Shown: positions 34,275 through 45,017, counted from the first letter of the stretch. The stretch is DNA of 55,804 nucleotides from Candidatus Moraniibacteriota bacterium (GCA_023261695.1 JAHFON010000004.1:1-55804), one strand, 5' to 3'. Made by a program: numbers and translations. The notes: a model not told the origin generated them from the letters alone.

Positions 34275-35596
34275 TTCAAACCAAAATCGGGCTTAATAAA
34301 AAAATTGTCGCTGAAATTTCGCGCATCAAAAACGAACCTGAATGGATGCGCGAATTTCGTATCCGGGCTTACGATATTTTCCAAAAAAAACCTATGCCCA
34401 GCTGGGGAGCCGATCTCTCCAAAATTGATTTCAACTCCATTACTTATTACCTCAAAGCCGCCGACAAATCCACAACGTGGCAAAGTTTGCCCCAAGAAAT
34501 CAAAGAAACTTATGATCGCATCGGCGTGCCGGAAGCAGAGAAAAAATTTCTAGCCGGCGTTTCGGCGCAATATGAATCAGAAGCGGTCTACAATAGCATT
34601 AAGCGCGAACTGAACAAACAAGGTGTTATTTTTTGCGATATGGATACAGCCGTAAAAAAATATCCCCAGCTCGTGCAAAAATATTTGGGCACGCTCGTTC
34701 CTTTTCATGACAACAAATTTTCCGCGCTCAATTCCGCCGTCTGGTCGGGCGGATCATTTCTCTACATTCCTCGCGGGGTGAAAGTGAAATTGCCCTTGCA
34801 AGCTTATTTCCGCATCAACACCAAGTCTTTCGGACAATTTGAACGCACGCTCATCATCGCGGAAGAAGGTAGTTTCGCGCATTACCTGGAAGGTTGCACC
34901 GCGCCGATTTACAAAGAGCAATCACTGCACGCGGCCGTGGTGGAAATCTTCGTCAAAAAAAATGCTCACGTCCGTTACACCACCGTGCAAAATTGGAGCA
35001 AAAATATTTACAATCTCGTTACCAAACGCGCCCGCGCCGATGAGAACGCGGTAATGGAATGGGTGGACTGCAATATCGGATCGGGCGTAACTATGAAATA
35101 TCCTGCCGTATATTTGGCCGGGCGCGGAGCTACGGGCACGATGCTCTCAATAGCTTACGCGGGGAAAAACCAACACCAGGACGCCGGAGCCAAAATGCTA
35201 CACCTCGCACCCGACACCACTTCGCGCGTGATTGCTAAATCCGTCGCCAAGAGTGGCGGACGCGCTACCTATCGCGGGTTAGTAAACATTTCTCCGGGCG
35301 CCATAAACGCAAAAGCGTCTGTCACTTGCGATACACTCCTGCTGGACGGCAAGTCCCGCTCCGATACTTACCCCGTTATGAATATTAAGGAAGAGAGCGC
35401 TATTTTTGAACACGAGGCATCGGTGGAAAAAATCAGTGAAGAAAAACTTTTCTATCTCGCGGCGCGCGGCATCCCAAAAGAAGACGCCTTAGGCTTGCTG
35501 GTCAATGGTTTCATTGATCCGGTCGCCAAGAAAATTCCTCTGGAATATTCCATAGAACTGAGCAGACTCATCAATATGGAAATGGAAAAAATATGA
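34271..35596 (+). CDS. sufB: Fe-S cluster assembly scaffold SufB
   Basis: The 441-aa ORF has typical SufB beta-helix blocks: FERTLIIAEEGS...YLEGCTAP, HAAVVE, and YAGKNQHQDAGAKM...SRVIAKSVAK..G...YRGLV. Confidence 0.93.
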   Translation: MIQTKIGLNKKIVAEISRIKNEPEWMREFRIRAYDIFQKKPMPSWGADLSKIDFNSITYYLKAADKSTTWQSLPQEIKETYDRIGVPEAEKKFLAGVSAQYESEAVYNSIKRELNKQGVIFCDMDTAVKKYPQLVQKYLGTLVPFHDNKFSALNSAVWSGGSFLYIPRGVKVKLPLQAYFRINTKSFGQFERTLIIAEEGSFAHYLEGCTAPIYKEQSLHAAVVEIFVKKNAHVRYTTVQNWSKNIYNLVTKRARADENAVMEWVDCNIGSGVTMKYPAVYLAGRGATGTMLSIAYAGKNQHQDAGAKMLHLAPDTTSRVIAKSVAKSGGRATYRGLVNISPGAINAKASVTCDTLLLDGKSRSDTYPVMNIKEESAIFEHEASVEKISEEKLFYLAARGIPKEDALGLLVNGFIDPVAKKIPLEYSIELSRLINMEMEKI

Positions 35597-36213
35597 AATG
35601 TATTGACATCACTGCTGACAAACGCAAAACTTACACCCTCCGAAAAAATGAGCGGTGCGTTTTCTTGATGTTTAATCGCTCCGGAGAAATAACTTTTGAA
35701 TTGGCTGGCATCGGCGCGGAAGCGCGGATCTTTGCTTTTTTCATCGGCACAAAAAATGTTAAAGGGGCGCTTTCCATCACCCAAAAACATCTGGCCGCGC
35801 GCACCGCTTCGCGCGCGCTTATCAAAAATGTTTTGTTTGACGAATCGGAATGTGACTGCGCCGGTCTGATAAATGTCAACAAACAAGCGCGGGAAAGCGA
35901 TGTTTCCCAAGAAATTCGTTCTCTTCTCCTCTCGCCTCTCGCAAGAGTCTCGGCAAAACCGGCGCTGGAAATTTTCGCCAACGATATAAAATGCCGGCAC
36001 GCGGCCACCGCCGGCGCTCTCAATCCGGAAGCTCTTTTCTTCACCAGAGCGCGCGGCTTGTCCTTATCGCAAGCAGAAAATCTGCTGGCTTGCGGATTTA
36101 TCCAGTCTTCCCTAGATGAAATGCAAAAATATGTTTCTTCCGAAAACAATGAAAAAATATTAAACCTGGAATCAAGAATAAAAGAAACCCTTACAAGAAA
36201 AAAAGTGCTATGA
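35593..36213 (+). CDS. sufD: SufD-family protein, short form (206 aa)
   Basis: It occupies the position between sufB and sufS. The SufB/D C-terminal pattern is present: KPALEIFANDIKCRHAATAGALNPEALFFTRARGLSLSQAENLLACGF. It lacks the usual N-terminal extension. Confidence 0.75.
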   Translation: MKCIDITADKRKTYTLRKNERCVFLMFNRSGEITFELAGIGAEARIFAFFIGTKNVKGALSITQKHLAARTASRALIKNVLFDESECDCAGLINVNKQARESDVSQEIRSLLLSPLARVSAKPALEIFANDIKCRHAATAGALNPEALFFTRARGLSLSQAENLLACGFIQSSLDEMQKYVSSENNEKILNLESRIKETLTRKKVL

Positions 36214-37439
36214 ACACATCTGAAATTAAAACCCGATTTCCTATTTTCCAACATCATCCGGAGTTAGTTTATCTGGATTCCGCCGCCACGTCTCTCAAGC
36301 CGCAGACAGTGATTGACGCTGAAAGAGAATACCTGGAAGAATATTCCACCAATGTCGGCAGAGGACTTTATCCGCTGGCCGAAAAGGCCACGGAAAAATT
36401 TGAAGCCGTGCGGGAGAAAGTAGCGCGCCATATTAAAGCCGCAGGTTCCCAAGAAATAATTTTCACTTCCAGCACCACCGGCTCTATTAACTTGGCCGCT
36501 GACTTGCTTAATCACACGGTCAATAACGGCGACAATCTGATAATCACGGCGATGGAACATCACTCCAACTTTCTGCCGTGGCAAGAATTAGTCCGGCAAA
36601 AAAATGCCGATTTACGCGTTGCGCCTCTCACGCAGACAGGAGAACTGGATTTGGGAATATTACAAAATTTGGTGGACGCGCGCACTAAAATCGTGGCTTT
36701 CACGGCGGTTTCCAACGTACTCGGAACTATCAATCCGGTACAAGAAATCGTTACAATTATAAAAAATATAAATCCGCACACTCTCATACTGGTTGACGCC
36801 GCCCAAGCTACCGGCTCTATACCGCTGGATGTCACCAGGTGGAACGCCGACCTAGTAGCTTTTTCGGCGCATAAAATGTTTGGACCCACCGGAGTCGGTG
36901 TCTTGTACGGAAAAAGTCATCTGCTGGAAAAATTGCGTCCGGTAACTTTTGGAGGCAATATGGTGCTGGATGTCGGACAGGCAAGCGAGACTATTTACAA
37001 AGAAGCTCCCACTCGTTTTGAAGCAGGCACGCCCAATATCGGAGGGGTTATTGCTTTGGGCGCGGCGCTGGATTATATTGAAAACCTCGGACCAGCCAAC
37101 ATCCGCGGCCACGAAAAAAATCTCACCGACCACGCCCTCAAACGTTTGCAAGAAACTTTCAGAAACGACATTAGAATTATCGGCCCAATAAATCCGGAAA
37201 GGCACGGGAGCATCATCTCTTTCGCGTTGAATGGAATTCATCCGCACGATATCGCGCATTTGCTGGGAGAAAAAAACATTTGCATACGCGCCGGCCATCA
37301 TTGCGCCGCGCCATTACATCGCGCGCTCGGATTGGACGCCACCACCCGTATCAGTTTTTCTGTTTATAACAATGAAGATGATGTGGAAAAATTGATCGGC
37401 GTCCTTAAAGAAATCCAAAAAATGTTTCTGATGAAATAA
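36210..37439 (+). CDS. sufS: Cysteine desulfurase SufS (class V aminotransferase, group II)
   Basis: YLDSAATSLKP, the PLP-lysine context AFSAHKMFGPTGVGVLYG, and the catalytic-Cys loop RAGHHCAAPL are all present. Confidence 0.93.
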   Translation: MNTSEIKTRFPIFQHHPELVYLDSAATSLKPQTVIDAEREYLEEYSTNVGRGLYPLAEKATEKFEAVREKVARHIKAAGSQEIIFTSSTTGSINLAADLLNHTVNNGDNLIITAMEHHSNFLPWQELVRQKNADLRVAPLTQTGELDLGILQNLVDARTKIVAFTAVSNVLGTINPVQEIVTIIKNINPHTLILVDAAQATGSIPLDVTRWNADLVAFSAHKMFGPTGVGVLYGKSHLLEKLRPVTFGGNMVLDVGQASETIYKEAPTRFEAGTPNIGGVIALGAALDYIENLGPANIRGHEKNLTDHALKRLQETFRNDIRIIGPINPERHGSIISFALNGIHPHDIAHLLGEKNICIRAGHHCAAPLHRALGLDATTRISFSVYNNEDDVEKLIGVLKEIQKMFLMK

Positions 37440-37467
37440 TTTTGGCTTTTATCCATCTACTATCTAT

Positions 37468-37833
37468 ATGTCACTTTATCAAGACTGCATCCTGGATCAT
37501 TATCGCAACCCCCGCAATCACGGGACGCTCCTCCGCGCCACTCATCGCGCGTCGACTAATAATCCCGTCTGCGGAGACAAACTTCAAATGGACTTAATCG
37601 TCAAAAATGATATTATTGAAGATGCGCGGTTTTCCGGTGCGGGTTGCGCAATCTCGCAAGCTTCCGCCTCTCTGCTTACGGAGACGCTAAAGAAAAAAAC
37701 CTCTGCTGACGCGCGGGCTATAAAGCCGGCGGATATTCTCAAATTACTGGGAGTGCCGCTGTCTCCCAATAGACTAAAGTGCGGTCTTTTGTCTCTGGAA
37801 ACACTCAAAAAAGCTTTAAATAATAAAATGTAA
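37468..37833 (+). CDS. sufU: SUF-system NifU-family scaffold/sulfur acceptor SufU
   Basis: LYQDCILDHYRNPRNHG..., NPVCGD and FSGAGCAISQASAS are SufU/IscU-type motifs. The ORF is 121 aa. Confidence 0.9.
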   Translation: MSLYQDCILDHYRNPRNHGTLLRATHRASTNNPVCGDKLQMDLIVKNDIIEDARFSGAGCAISQASASLLTETLKKKTSADARAIKPADILKLLGVPLSPNRLKCGLLSLETLKKALNNKM

Positions 37834-37837
37834 AATT

Positions 37838-38110
37838 ATGTCGCAGTGGAAAAATGAAGCTAAACCAAGCGGGCCTGTCAAATTAAACAACGGTTGGACT
37901 GTGGAAGTAGATTCTAATGTTTGTATCGGCGCCGCTCCCTGCACCGCGATGGCTCCCGGCACGTTCGCGCTGGACGACAACGGCAAAGCGGCTATTTTGT
38001 CCTCCGTGGATCAAGACGACAAAGAAACTATCCTCAACGCCGCGCGCGCTTGTCCCGTTTCCGCGATCATCATCAAAGACGAAACCGGCAAAGTGATTTT
38101 TCCGGAATAG
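37838..38110 (+). CDS. Small single-cluster ferredoxin
   Basis: CIGAAPCTAMAPGTF ... ACPVSAI is the pattern of 3Fe-4S/4Fe-4S single-cluster ferredoxins. The ORF is 90 aa. Confidence 0.8.
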   Translation: MSQWKNEAKPSGPVKLNNGWTVEVDSNVCIGAAPCTAMAPGTFALDDNGKAAILSSVDQDDKETILNAARACPVSAIIIKDETGKVIFPE

Positions 38111-38117
38111 CCTATCT

Positions 38118-38435
38118 ATGCCAAAAAAGAAATCCCCTCTTGAAAACCAGGTGCGAGCAAAACTCAAACTCGTGCTTGACCCGGAATTGGGCGTGTCTAT
38201 TTTGGATATGGGTTTGATTTATGAAATTCTGACTGATCAAACAGGTACGTGCGTCATCACTATGACATTGACTACCGCCGGGTGTCCGCTTTTTGGACAA
38301 ATTCAAAAAGAGATAGAAGATCGCTTGCTGGAAATTCCGGAAATCAACGAAGTAAAAATTGATCTTGTCTTTGATCCGCCGTGGACTTTAGATAAAATGA
38401 CCCCCGAAGCCAAAGCAGAGCTCGGCATAGAATAA
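38118..38435 (+). CDS. DUF59/SufT-like Fe-S assembly protein
   Basis: VLDPELGVSILDMGLIYEI...ITMTLTTAGCPL...DPPW is the canonical DUF59 (MIP18-like) pattern. It is the last gene of the suf cluster. Confidence 0.85.
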   Translation: MPKKKSPLENQVRAKLKLVLDPELGVSILDMGLIYEILTDQTGTCVITMTLTTAGCPLFGQIQKEIEDRLLEIPEINEVKIDLVFDPPWTLDKMTPEAKAELGIE

Positions 38436-38463
38436 AAAATCCTCGCTTAACGCGAAGATTTTT

Positions 38464-39351
38464 TTATTTATATTTCTCTATCAAATTTTGGAGCGCTTTC
38501 CGGTCCGGCTTCATTTTATAAAGCGGCGCATCTCCGGCGCGCGTAAGCGTTTCGTACGTCGGTCTGCCTTCACTCTGATAGATAATCCCTAGCGCCAGAC
38601 GTTCCAGATCAAAAGCGATATCCAACGCTTGAGACTTATCAGTCTGGTCATAGTTTTCATCCACATAATATGTTTTTTCCTTGAACCACTGATAGGTGTT
38701 TTGTTTATTGAACACCACGCAGGGCTGGAGAATATCCACCAGCGCGTAACCCTTGTGTCTGATCGCCGCTTTGACAATCTCTTTGGCTTGCGTAACATCT
38801 CCAGAAAAAACGCGCGCCACAAATGTCGCTCCAAGCGCGAGCGCTACCGCAAGCGGATTAAACGGCTCTACGATAACACCTTCCGTTTGTATGGGATTTT
38901 TCAAACCTTTTTCACTGGTCGGTGAAGCTTGCCCCTTGGTCAAGCCGTAGATCATATTGTTATGCACAATATTGACGATGTCCGGATTGCGGCGAATCGT
39001 ATGCAAAAAATGGTTTCCCCCTTCGCCGTAAGTATCGCCGTCGCCGCTTTCAGCAATAACCGTCAAGCGCGGATTGGCAACCTTGATGGCGATGGCCGGA
39101 GGCAAAGCGCGGCCGTGCAGACCGTTGAAATAATTCACGCGCAAATAGTGCGGGGCTTTGGCGGCCTGACCGATGCCGGAACAAATGACGACGTTTTGCG
39201 GCGGTATATCCAGCTCCGCCAGTGCCACCTTCACAATATTGAGAATCGGAAAATTGCCGCACCCGGGACACCAGGCCAGATCCGTACTTTTCGGCATGTC
39301 ATATATTTTTTTATCTAACATATACTTTATATTCCATTTAGAGCGCCTCAT
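38464..39351 (-). CDS. 2-oxoacid:ferredoxin oxidoreductase, beta (TPP-binding) subunit
   Basis: [11 protein letters not shown] and the TPP motif [12 protein letters not shown] are present. It overlaps the alpha-subunit gene by 14 nt. Confidence 0.9.
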   Translation of the reverse strand: MRRSKWNIKYMLDKKIYDMPKSTDLAWCPGCGNFPILNIVKVALAELDIPPQNVVICSGIGQAAKAPHYLRVNYFNGLHGRALPPAIAIKVANPRLTVIAESGDGDTYGEGGNHFLHTIRRNPDIVNIVHNNMIYGLTKGQASPTSEKGLKNPIQTEGVIVEPFNPLAVALALGATFVARVFSGDVTQAKEIVKAAIRHKGYALVDILQPCVVFNKQNTYQWFKEKTYYVDENYDQTDKSQALDIAFDLERLALGIIYQSEGRPTYETLTRAGDAPLYKMKPDRKALQNLIEKYK

Positions 39352-41059
39352 CCAATAAAATTTGTTTTAATTTTTGAACAACTTCTTCTACCGAAAACGG
39401 GGCTCCGTCGTATTTTAAAATATTCTTCGTAATTTTCACTCCGTATTCCAGTTTCAAAAGATTGGCAAATTGTCCGGAAGAGTTATTTTCCAAAACTATG
39501 ATTTTTTTCTTGGCAAAAAGTTTTTTCGCGTTTTTGGGAAGCGGGTAAACCTGGGCAAAATGCAAACCGGCTACATCGTCACCGGCCAAAATTCGCAAAG
39601 CCTCTTGCACGACACCAAAATTTGATCCCCAACATATAATCAGCGTTTTGGATTTTTTTACGTCGCCGATTTCTGAGGGTTTTAGTGCTTCATCACAAGC
39701 GCCAAAAATTTTTCTTAGACGCTTCTCGTGCATCGCTACACGCGTGCCGGCGTTTTCTGTAATATGCGCTTCTTCGTCGTGCTCATCGCTATCCACTCCC
39801 ACCAGCCCTTCTCCATAGTCCGGAACACCGCGCGGAGAAATGCCGTCTTTAGTTAGGGTATAGCGTTTATAGTCAGCCATCGTTTTAACAATATGGTTTT
39901 TGAATTTAACATTTTGCAAAATATTTTTAGGCAAATTTGTCACGGAATCCAAAAAGTGTTGGTCCGTCAAAATAAAAACCGGCATTTGATATTTATCCGC
40001 GATATAAAAAGCTTGTTGTGTAACAAAAAAAGCCTCTGCGGGAGTACCGGGCGCAAAAATAGCGCGGGGAAATTCTCCGTGCCCGGAATGCAAAACTAGA
40101 TTAAGATCTCCTTGTTCCGTACGCGTCGGCAATCCCGTGGCCGGTCCTGGCCGCTGGCCGATATGCACTACTATCGGCGTTTCAATCATTCCGGATAAAC
40201 TTATCCCTTCCGTCATTAAATCAAAGCCGCCGCCCGATGTGGTCACAATAGCCCGCGCGCCCGCGTACCACGCTCCCAGCCCCTGATTGATTGCCGCGAT
40301 CTCATCTTCCGCCTGATCCACCACCACGTCGAAATTTTTTCCCTGTTGCGCGAGAAAAGTCAGCAGTCCCGTACCGGGCGACATCGGATAAGACGAGATA
40401 TAATTACAACCCGCGGCCAGCGCGCCTAATCCCAGCGCCTCCGTCCCATCCAACAATATCTCGTCCGCCACAGCTTTGTCCTTAACCAGATGCACTTCAA
40501 TGCCCTCATGATAAGCAAGATGCTTGCCAAACGCGTACCCTTTGCGCGCGGCTTCAATATTTTTTTGCACCACCGCCTCTCCTTTGCGCGCAAAATGCTC
40601 CCGCAAATATGTTTCAAAAATCTCTTCGTCCGCCCCCAGTAACCCCAGTGCGACCCCTACCGTCACCGTACTCGTATAAATCGGGTTGCCAAGTTCTCTC
40701 ACGAATTGCGCAAACGGAACGTTCACGATATGACATTCACCGGATACTTTGCAAACTTTCTCGCGTTCACCGAACAAAATAGTATTTTCCGTGATACGCT
40801 CCTGCAAATGAGGTATCACATCCCGATCCATCGCGAACAGAAAATCAATGCGCTTTACGAACGCGCTTTGTTTTTTATCGGTAATCCGAATAGACGTGGA
40901 GTTGCTTCCGCCGCGGATGCGCGACATATATTCTTTGCACGCGAACACATTATAGCCCTCGCGCTTCAGCACCGCGACCAAGAGCGCTTCAACGGTCTGC
41001 ACACCCTGTCCCGCCGCCCCGCCCAATACCAAAGAAATATCCCCAGAAAAACGTTTCAT
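39338..41059 (-). CDS. 2-oxoacid:ferredoxin oxidoreductase, alpha subunit (gamma-alpha fusion)
   Basis: The N-terminal gamma-type domain reads [11 protein letters not shown]. It is followed by the POR_N-type alpha domain ([13 protein letters not shown] ... [20 protein letters not shown]). Confidence 0.88.
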   Translation of the reverse strand: MKRFSGDISLVLGGAAGQGVQTVEALLVAVLKREGYNVFACKEYMSRIRGGSNSTSIRITDKKQSAFVKRIDFLFAMDRDVIPHLQERITENTILFGEREKVCKVSGECHIVNVPFAQFVRELGNPIYTSTVTVGVALGLLGADEEIFETYLREHFARKGEAVVQKNIEAARKGYAFGKHLAYHEGIEVHLVKDKAVADEILLDGTEALGLGALAAGCNYISSYPMSPGTGLLTFLAQQGKNFDVVVDQAEDEIAAINQGLGAWYAGARAIVTTSGGGFDLMTEGISLSGMIETPIVVHIGQRPGPATGLPTRTEQGDLNLVLHSGHGEFPRAIFAPGTPAEAFFVTQQAFYIADKYQMPVFILTDQHFLDSVTNLPKNILQNVKFKNHIVKTMADYKRYTLTKDGISPRGVPDYGEGLVGVDSDEHDEEAHITENAGTRVAMHEKRLRKIFGACDEALKPSEIGDVKKSKTLIICWGSNFGVVQEALRILAGDDVAGLHFAQVYPLPKNAKKLFAKKKIIVLENNSSGQFANLLKLEYGVKITKNILKYDGAPFSVEEVVQKLKQILLDEAL

Positions 41060-41108
41060 ATCCTCTTTTTATTTGTCTGTTTGTTCGCTGCAAGATAAAA
41101 TCAAAAAA

Positions 41109-41309
41109 TTATTCTTTTTCCAGCTCTTTCTTGACCACTTCAAATTCGTTTTCCACTTCCTTGAGGCGCGCGCGGCTTATCTTGATCAGTGCCGCGCCTT
41201 CTTTGATTTTTTCCAAACCTTTTTCCACGTCCACTTCTTCCTGATTGTCAAACCAGTTAATAATCTCCTGCACTTTTTTCAAAGATTCACTAAGATTCTG
41301 TTTTGGCAT
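41109..41309 (-). CDS. xseB: Exodeoxyribonuclease VII small subunit
   Basis: The 66-aa helical protein contains LSESLKKVQEIINWFDNQEEVDVEKGLEKIKEGAALIK, the typical XseB sequence. It lies directly downstream of xseA. Confidence 0.85.
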   Translation of the reverse strand: MPKQNLSESLKKVQEIINWFDNQEEVDVEKGLEKIKEGAALIKISRARLKEVENEFEVVKKELEKE

Positions 41310-41331
41310 ATTGTTTTAAATAAAAATCTGA

Positions 41332-42597
41332 TTATGGAATAATTTTTTCCACTCTGGCTTGAAGTTTCCCGCGAGAAAGCTGTATACCGAGTATATCACC
41401 AATCGCGGTTTCTGAAACATCTTTGATAATTTTCTCGCCTTTGCGTATCAGGCCGTATCCCAATTTCAAAACACGTTTCGGATCATACTGCTTTAGTCGC
41501 TCCTCGCAATGAAACAGTTTTTGGGAAGCCTTTTCTTGCATCGCAATAAATTTCTGCCGGAGATTCTTCTGTTCCTCATTGAGACCTGTAAACTGATGTC
41601 GCACGATTGACTGGGTAAAAACTAGCTTCCCTGAAATATCCTGCCGCAATGTCACGATGAGCTCTCTAAATGTCCGTAAATGCGAAAGCAGGACCTCGCC
41701 ATCTAAAGCAAGCTCGTTCTTCACTCCGAAAAACTGCTCGCGAAAACGCGCTGGGAGCTGATGCCGGAAATGCTCCACGAATTGCCGCGCCTCATCCCAG
41801 TGATAACGAAGCGTTTTGGCGGTGGCGGTGGGCGTGGAAACCATCACGTCGGCAACGAGCGAAGCCAACGTCACGTCTTTTTCGTGCCCCACGCCCAGAA
41901 GCGTCGGGATTTTTGATTTCGCCACTTCACGCGCCAGTGCCTCGTTGTTAAACGCCTGCAGGCTCTCCAGACTACCGCCGCCGCGCGTTATCACCAATAC
42001 GTCGTACTGTTTAAAGCGTCGATTAAAAAAACGAATGGCTGAAATAATTTCCAAAACCGCCCTTTTGCCTTCCACGCTAGTCGGACAAAAATGCACATGG
42101 AAACCTTGTGCGCCGAGATTCATCGTGAAATCACCGATGGCCGCGCCTTGTTCGGAAGTGATAAGCGCGATGCGTTCTGGAAGTTCCGGCAATATTCTTT
42201 TACGTTCCATTGCAAACAGTCCCTCCAGCTCCAGTTTCAACTTGAGCGCATCATAGGCTTTTTTCAACGCTCCTTCGCCAAACAATTCAATGACGCCCAC
42301 CTTCAGACTCAACCGTCCGTTTGGCTTGTAAATCTCCGGTACTCCCTCCACGATAATTTCATCACCGACTGCGATATGCACACCGGAAATTTCATATTGG
42401 TTGCGGAAGATGAGGCAATTCAAAGTACTTTCGTCTTTTTTATCTTTGAGAGTAAAGTATACGACGCGCTCGCGCGCATCCACATTGGATACCTCTCCTT
42501 GCACACGCGCCGCCATACCCGAGAGCTCCAAGTTTAACTCATCCAGAAATTGACTAACTGAAAGATTGCCAGTAACTAGTGATGCGTCTTGAATCAT
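41332..42597 (-). CDS. xseA: Exodeoxyribonuclease VII large subunit
   Basis: It has an N-terminal OB fold (VQGEVSNVDARERVVYFTLKD), ITSEQGAAIGDF, VLVITRGGGSLE and GVGHEKDVTLA motifs. The ORF-track start at 42606 is TTG. I use ATG 42597 (MIQDAS). Confidence 0.9.
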   Translation of the reverse strand: MIQDASLVTGNLSVSQFLDELNLELSGMAARVQGEVSNVDARERVVYFTLKDKKDESTLNCLIFRNQYEISGVHIAVGDEIIVEGVPEIYKPNGRLSLKVGVIELFGEGALKKAYDALKLKLELEGLFAMERKRILPELPERIALITSEQGAAIGDFTMNLGAQGFHVHFCPTSVEGKRAVLEIISAIRFFNRRFKQYDVLVITRGGGSLESLQAFNNEALAREVAKSKIPTLLGVGHEKDVTLASLVADVMVSTPTATAKTLRYHWDEARQFVEHFRHQLPARFREQFFGVKNELALDGEVLLSHLRTFRELIVTLRQDISGKLVFTQSIVRHQFTGLNEEQKNLRQKFIAMQEKASQKLFHCEERLKQYDPKRVLKLGYGLIRKGEKIIKDVSETAIGDILGIQLSRGKLQARVEKIIP

Positions 42598-42611
42598 ATA
42601 TCTCAATTATA

Positions 42612-42645
42612 TAACACAAAAGCCCCGCTTTGTATTGCGAGGCTT
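42612..42645 (-). terminator. Intrinsic terminator after the DsbA-like gene
   Basis: The minus strand reads AAGCCUCGC-AAUACAAA-GCGGGGCUU (9 bp including one wobble pair), followed by UUUGUGUU. Confidence 0.55.
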
Positions 42646-42662
42646 GGACAACTTTCAAATTT

Positions 42663-43484
42663 TTATTTTAGATACTTATCAATGATTTCTTTAAAGTTAT
42701 TGATCGGCACAGCACCCACGATTCTCTCTCCCGTGACGGTACCGTCAGCATTTAACGCGCCGATAATGAAACTGGGGGTGCCGGAGATACCCGCCGTACT
42801 TCCGTCTTCAATGTCTTTGGCGATTTCCTGTTTCACCGCGTCAGTGGATGCACAAGCGTTGACGGTTATCGGATTGGCTCCTGTCTTTCGGATTAATTCA
42901 TCCAGTTTACCGGCTGGAAGCCCCTTGCCGTTTGCCTGCGTGCCTTCATATAACGCTTTTCCAAAACTAAAATACGCTTTATCGCCTTTTTCTTTGCGCA
43001 CGCATTCAGCCACTCCCGCTTCCATAGTGGCATTCGGGTCATGGAATGAAAGCGGGAAATCGCGAAAGGCAAGCACCGCCTTCCCCGTATCAACATAATC
43101 TTTCACCAACTGGTCAAACGTCTCCTGATGAAAACGTTTGCAAAACGGGCATTCATAATCGCTAAATTCCACAATCGCCACTTTCGCCTTTTTTCTATCG
43201 CCCAGCACCGGATCATCATCCAGAGAAGTGGTAGCGCTGGTGTCTTCTTTAGCGGGCACATTCGGCGCGGTCTGCGCCGTATCTTTGGCAGTGGTGGGAT
43301 TTTTCGGCGCCAATGTTTGTGAAACCGCCACGATAGAGCCGGCAATAATCAAACCCGCCAAAAGAATCGCGCCCGCCACCAACATCGCGTCTTTCCCGAA
43401 TTTTTCTGTCTCTTTTATTTCTCCCCAATTCTCTATTGTCTCTTCTTTTTTCTCATTTTTAAGATCAGCCAGATCGCCTTCCAT
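42663..43484 (-). CDS. Membrane-anchored DsbA-family thiol:disulfide oxidoreductase
   Basis: It has an N-terminal transmembrane helix, a low-complexity linker, and a thioredoxin fold with FSDYECPFCKRFH (CxxC). Confidence 0.85.
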   Translation of the reverse strand: MEGDLADLKNEKKEETIENWGEIKETEKFGKDAMLVAGAILLAGLIIAGSIVAVSQTLAPKNPTTAKDTAQTAPNVPAKEDTSATTSLDDDPVLGDRKKAKVAIVEFSDYECPFCKRFHQETFDQLVKDYVDTGKAVLAFRDFPLSFHDPNATMEAGVAECVRKEKGDKAYFSFGKALYEGTQANGKGLPAGKLDELIRKTGANPITVNACASTDAVKQEIAKDIEDGSTAGISGTPSFIIGALNADGTVTGERIVGAVPINNFKEIIDKYLK

Positions 43485-43548
43485 ACTTTATAATGTATCA
43501 ATAAATTACCGCTCTATTATAACAGATAAGCTAGTCTCAACAAAATAC

Positions 43549-44808
43549 CTACATAAACCTCAAAGCCGCCGGATGAAAAATCAAAAGATAGCCCAGAATC
43601 AGCATCAGTACGCCGCCGATTAGATTAGACCACTTTGAATAAGCTTGAGTGAGATGCAATTTGTCAAAACCCCACAGCGCCAATCCGAACACCAAAAAAT
43701 CATCTATCATATAAAAGAAAATGTAATCCGCCATATATCCTTGCGTTTGCCAAAAATTCAAATTGTTTAATTCAATGATCTTAGTAAACGCCTGCGGAAT
43801 CCCGATAGAGCAGGCGAACTCAATGATATTGACTGAAAACGCCAAGGCCACCACTCCGACCGCCGTCAGCCAAGTAAAAGGTTCGTGCGCCAACTTTTTG
43901 ATGCGGCCGGAAATTTTTGCCCGCCCCTCCAAATCCACCACTTGGCAGGTTCCGTCTGATTTGTACCACTCATACAAGAAAAACACCCCGCCCCCCACTG
44001 CCAGCACTCCCACAAGCGGCGTAACCACTCTGTCCAAACCGACAAAATCCCAAGCCGTGAACCAGACATTCAAAATCAGATAGTACATCACGGTTTCTGC
44101 CAGAATGAATAGTCCCGCCACCGTCCACATCCTCCGGCGCGATCCCATTTGAATCAGCACGATAAGAAATGTCACCAACACCCACATCGCGCACGGATTA
44201 AAGCCGTCAATCAATCCCAAAAGCCCCGACAATACCGGCAGAGAATACTGCATCGCATCAATCGTAATACTTGTAAAAGGAATCATTACCATAAGCGGCT
44301 CCGCTCCAGGCATAGTACAAATGCCGGTTTCACTATCGCAAACCGCACCCTTCGTCCTTTCTATTTCGCTTGCACGGCCGGATAAAAGCCCCACTATACC
44401 CACAGGCAGTCGCCCTTTATTCGCGTCAATTAAATTTTCTATGCGCCGACCGGTTGTTTTCTCCGAATCAAAGCCTTGAATCACTGAAGCGCCTATCACG
44501 GTAATCGGCGTGGCTTTGGAAAGTTTTTGCGCGGAAGTAAAATGATTAAACAATTCTTTTCCTTCTTGCGTGTCAATATCAATAAAACGCACATTCAAGT
44601 CATTTCTTAACAAAACTAAATTTTCCAAATAACTTTTTTCCGCCTGACAGTGCGCGCAATCCAAACGTTCAAAAACCTCCACCAGTATTTTACTTTCTTG
44701 CTCATTGGGCACCGTCTCCGCGTAAGAGGTGGGCGAGAAAATCAAAAAGCCAGAGCCCAAAATGAGTAAGAATAACCAGCCGCTGCATATTTTCATCATT
44801 CGCATCAT
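43549..44808 (-). CDS. Thioredoxin/glutaredoxin-like domain fused to a CcdA/DsbD-type transmembrane electron-transfer domain
   Basis: Following a signal-like N-terminus MMRMMKICSGWLFLLILGSGFLIF is FERLDCAHCQAEK (CxxC). A polytopic domain then carries LIDGFNPCAMWVL (the CcdA/DsbD NPC motif). The ORF is open to 45003, but that extension overlaps the divergent ABC gene region, so I use ATG 44808. Confidence 0.75.
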   Translation of the reverse strand: MMRMMKICSGWLFLLILGSGFLIFSPTSYAETVPNEQESKILVEVFERLDCAHCQAEKSYLENLVLLRNDLNVRFIDIDTQEGKELFNHFTSAQKLSKATPITVIGASVIQGFDSEKTTGRRIENLIDANKGRLPVGIVGLLSGRASEIERTKGAVCDSETGICTMPGAEPLMVMIPFTSITIDAMQYSLPVLSGLLGLIDGFNPCAMWVLVTFLIVLIQMGSRRRMWTVAGLFILAETVMYYLILNVWFTAWDFVGLDRVVTPLVGVLAVGGGVFFLYEWYKSDGTCQVVDLEGRAKISGRIKKLAHEPFTWLTAVGVVALAFSVNIIEFACSIGIPQAFTKIIELNNLNFWQTQGYMADYIFFYMIDDFLVFGLALWGFDKLHLTQAYSKWSNLIGGVLMLILGYLLIFHPAALRFM

Positions 44809-45017
44809 AAACGCAAGAAAAATAATCCTAAAAGCGTCAATATAATGACCTCCACAGCTCCCAACGCCACAAAAATCAGAGAGGATTTTTTCATAAAAAG
44901 ATTTCAGCAACTTGCACTGTATTGTAACGCATACCGCCCGCGTAAGGCAACTTGTGCCAGATTTTATCGGCACAAGTGAAAAGTATGTTATCATACAAAG
45001 CAAATAGCCACAAAAAA

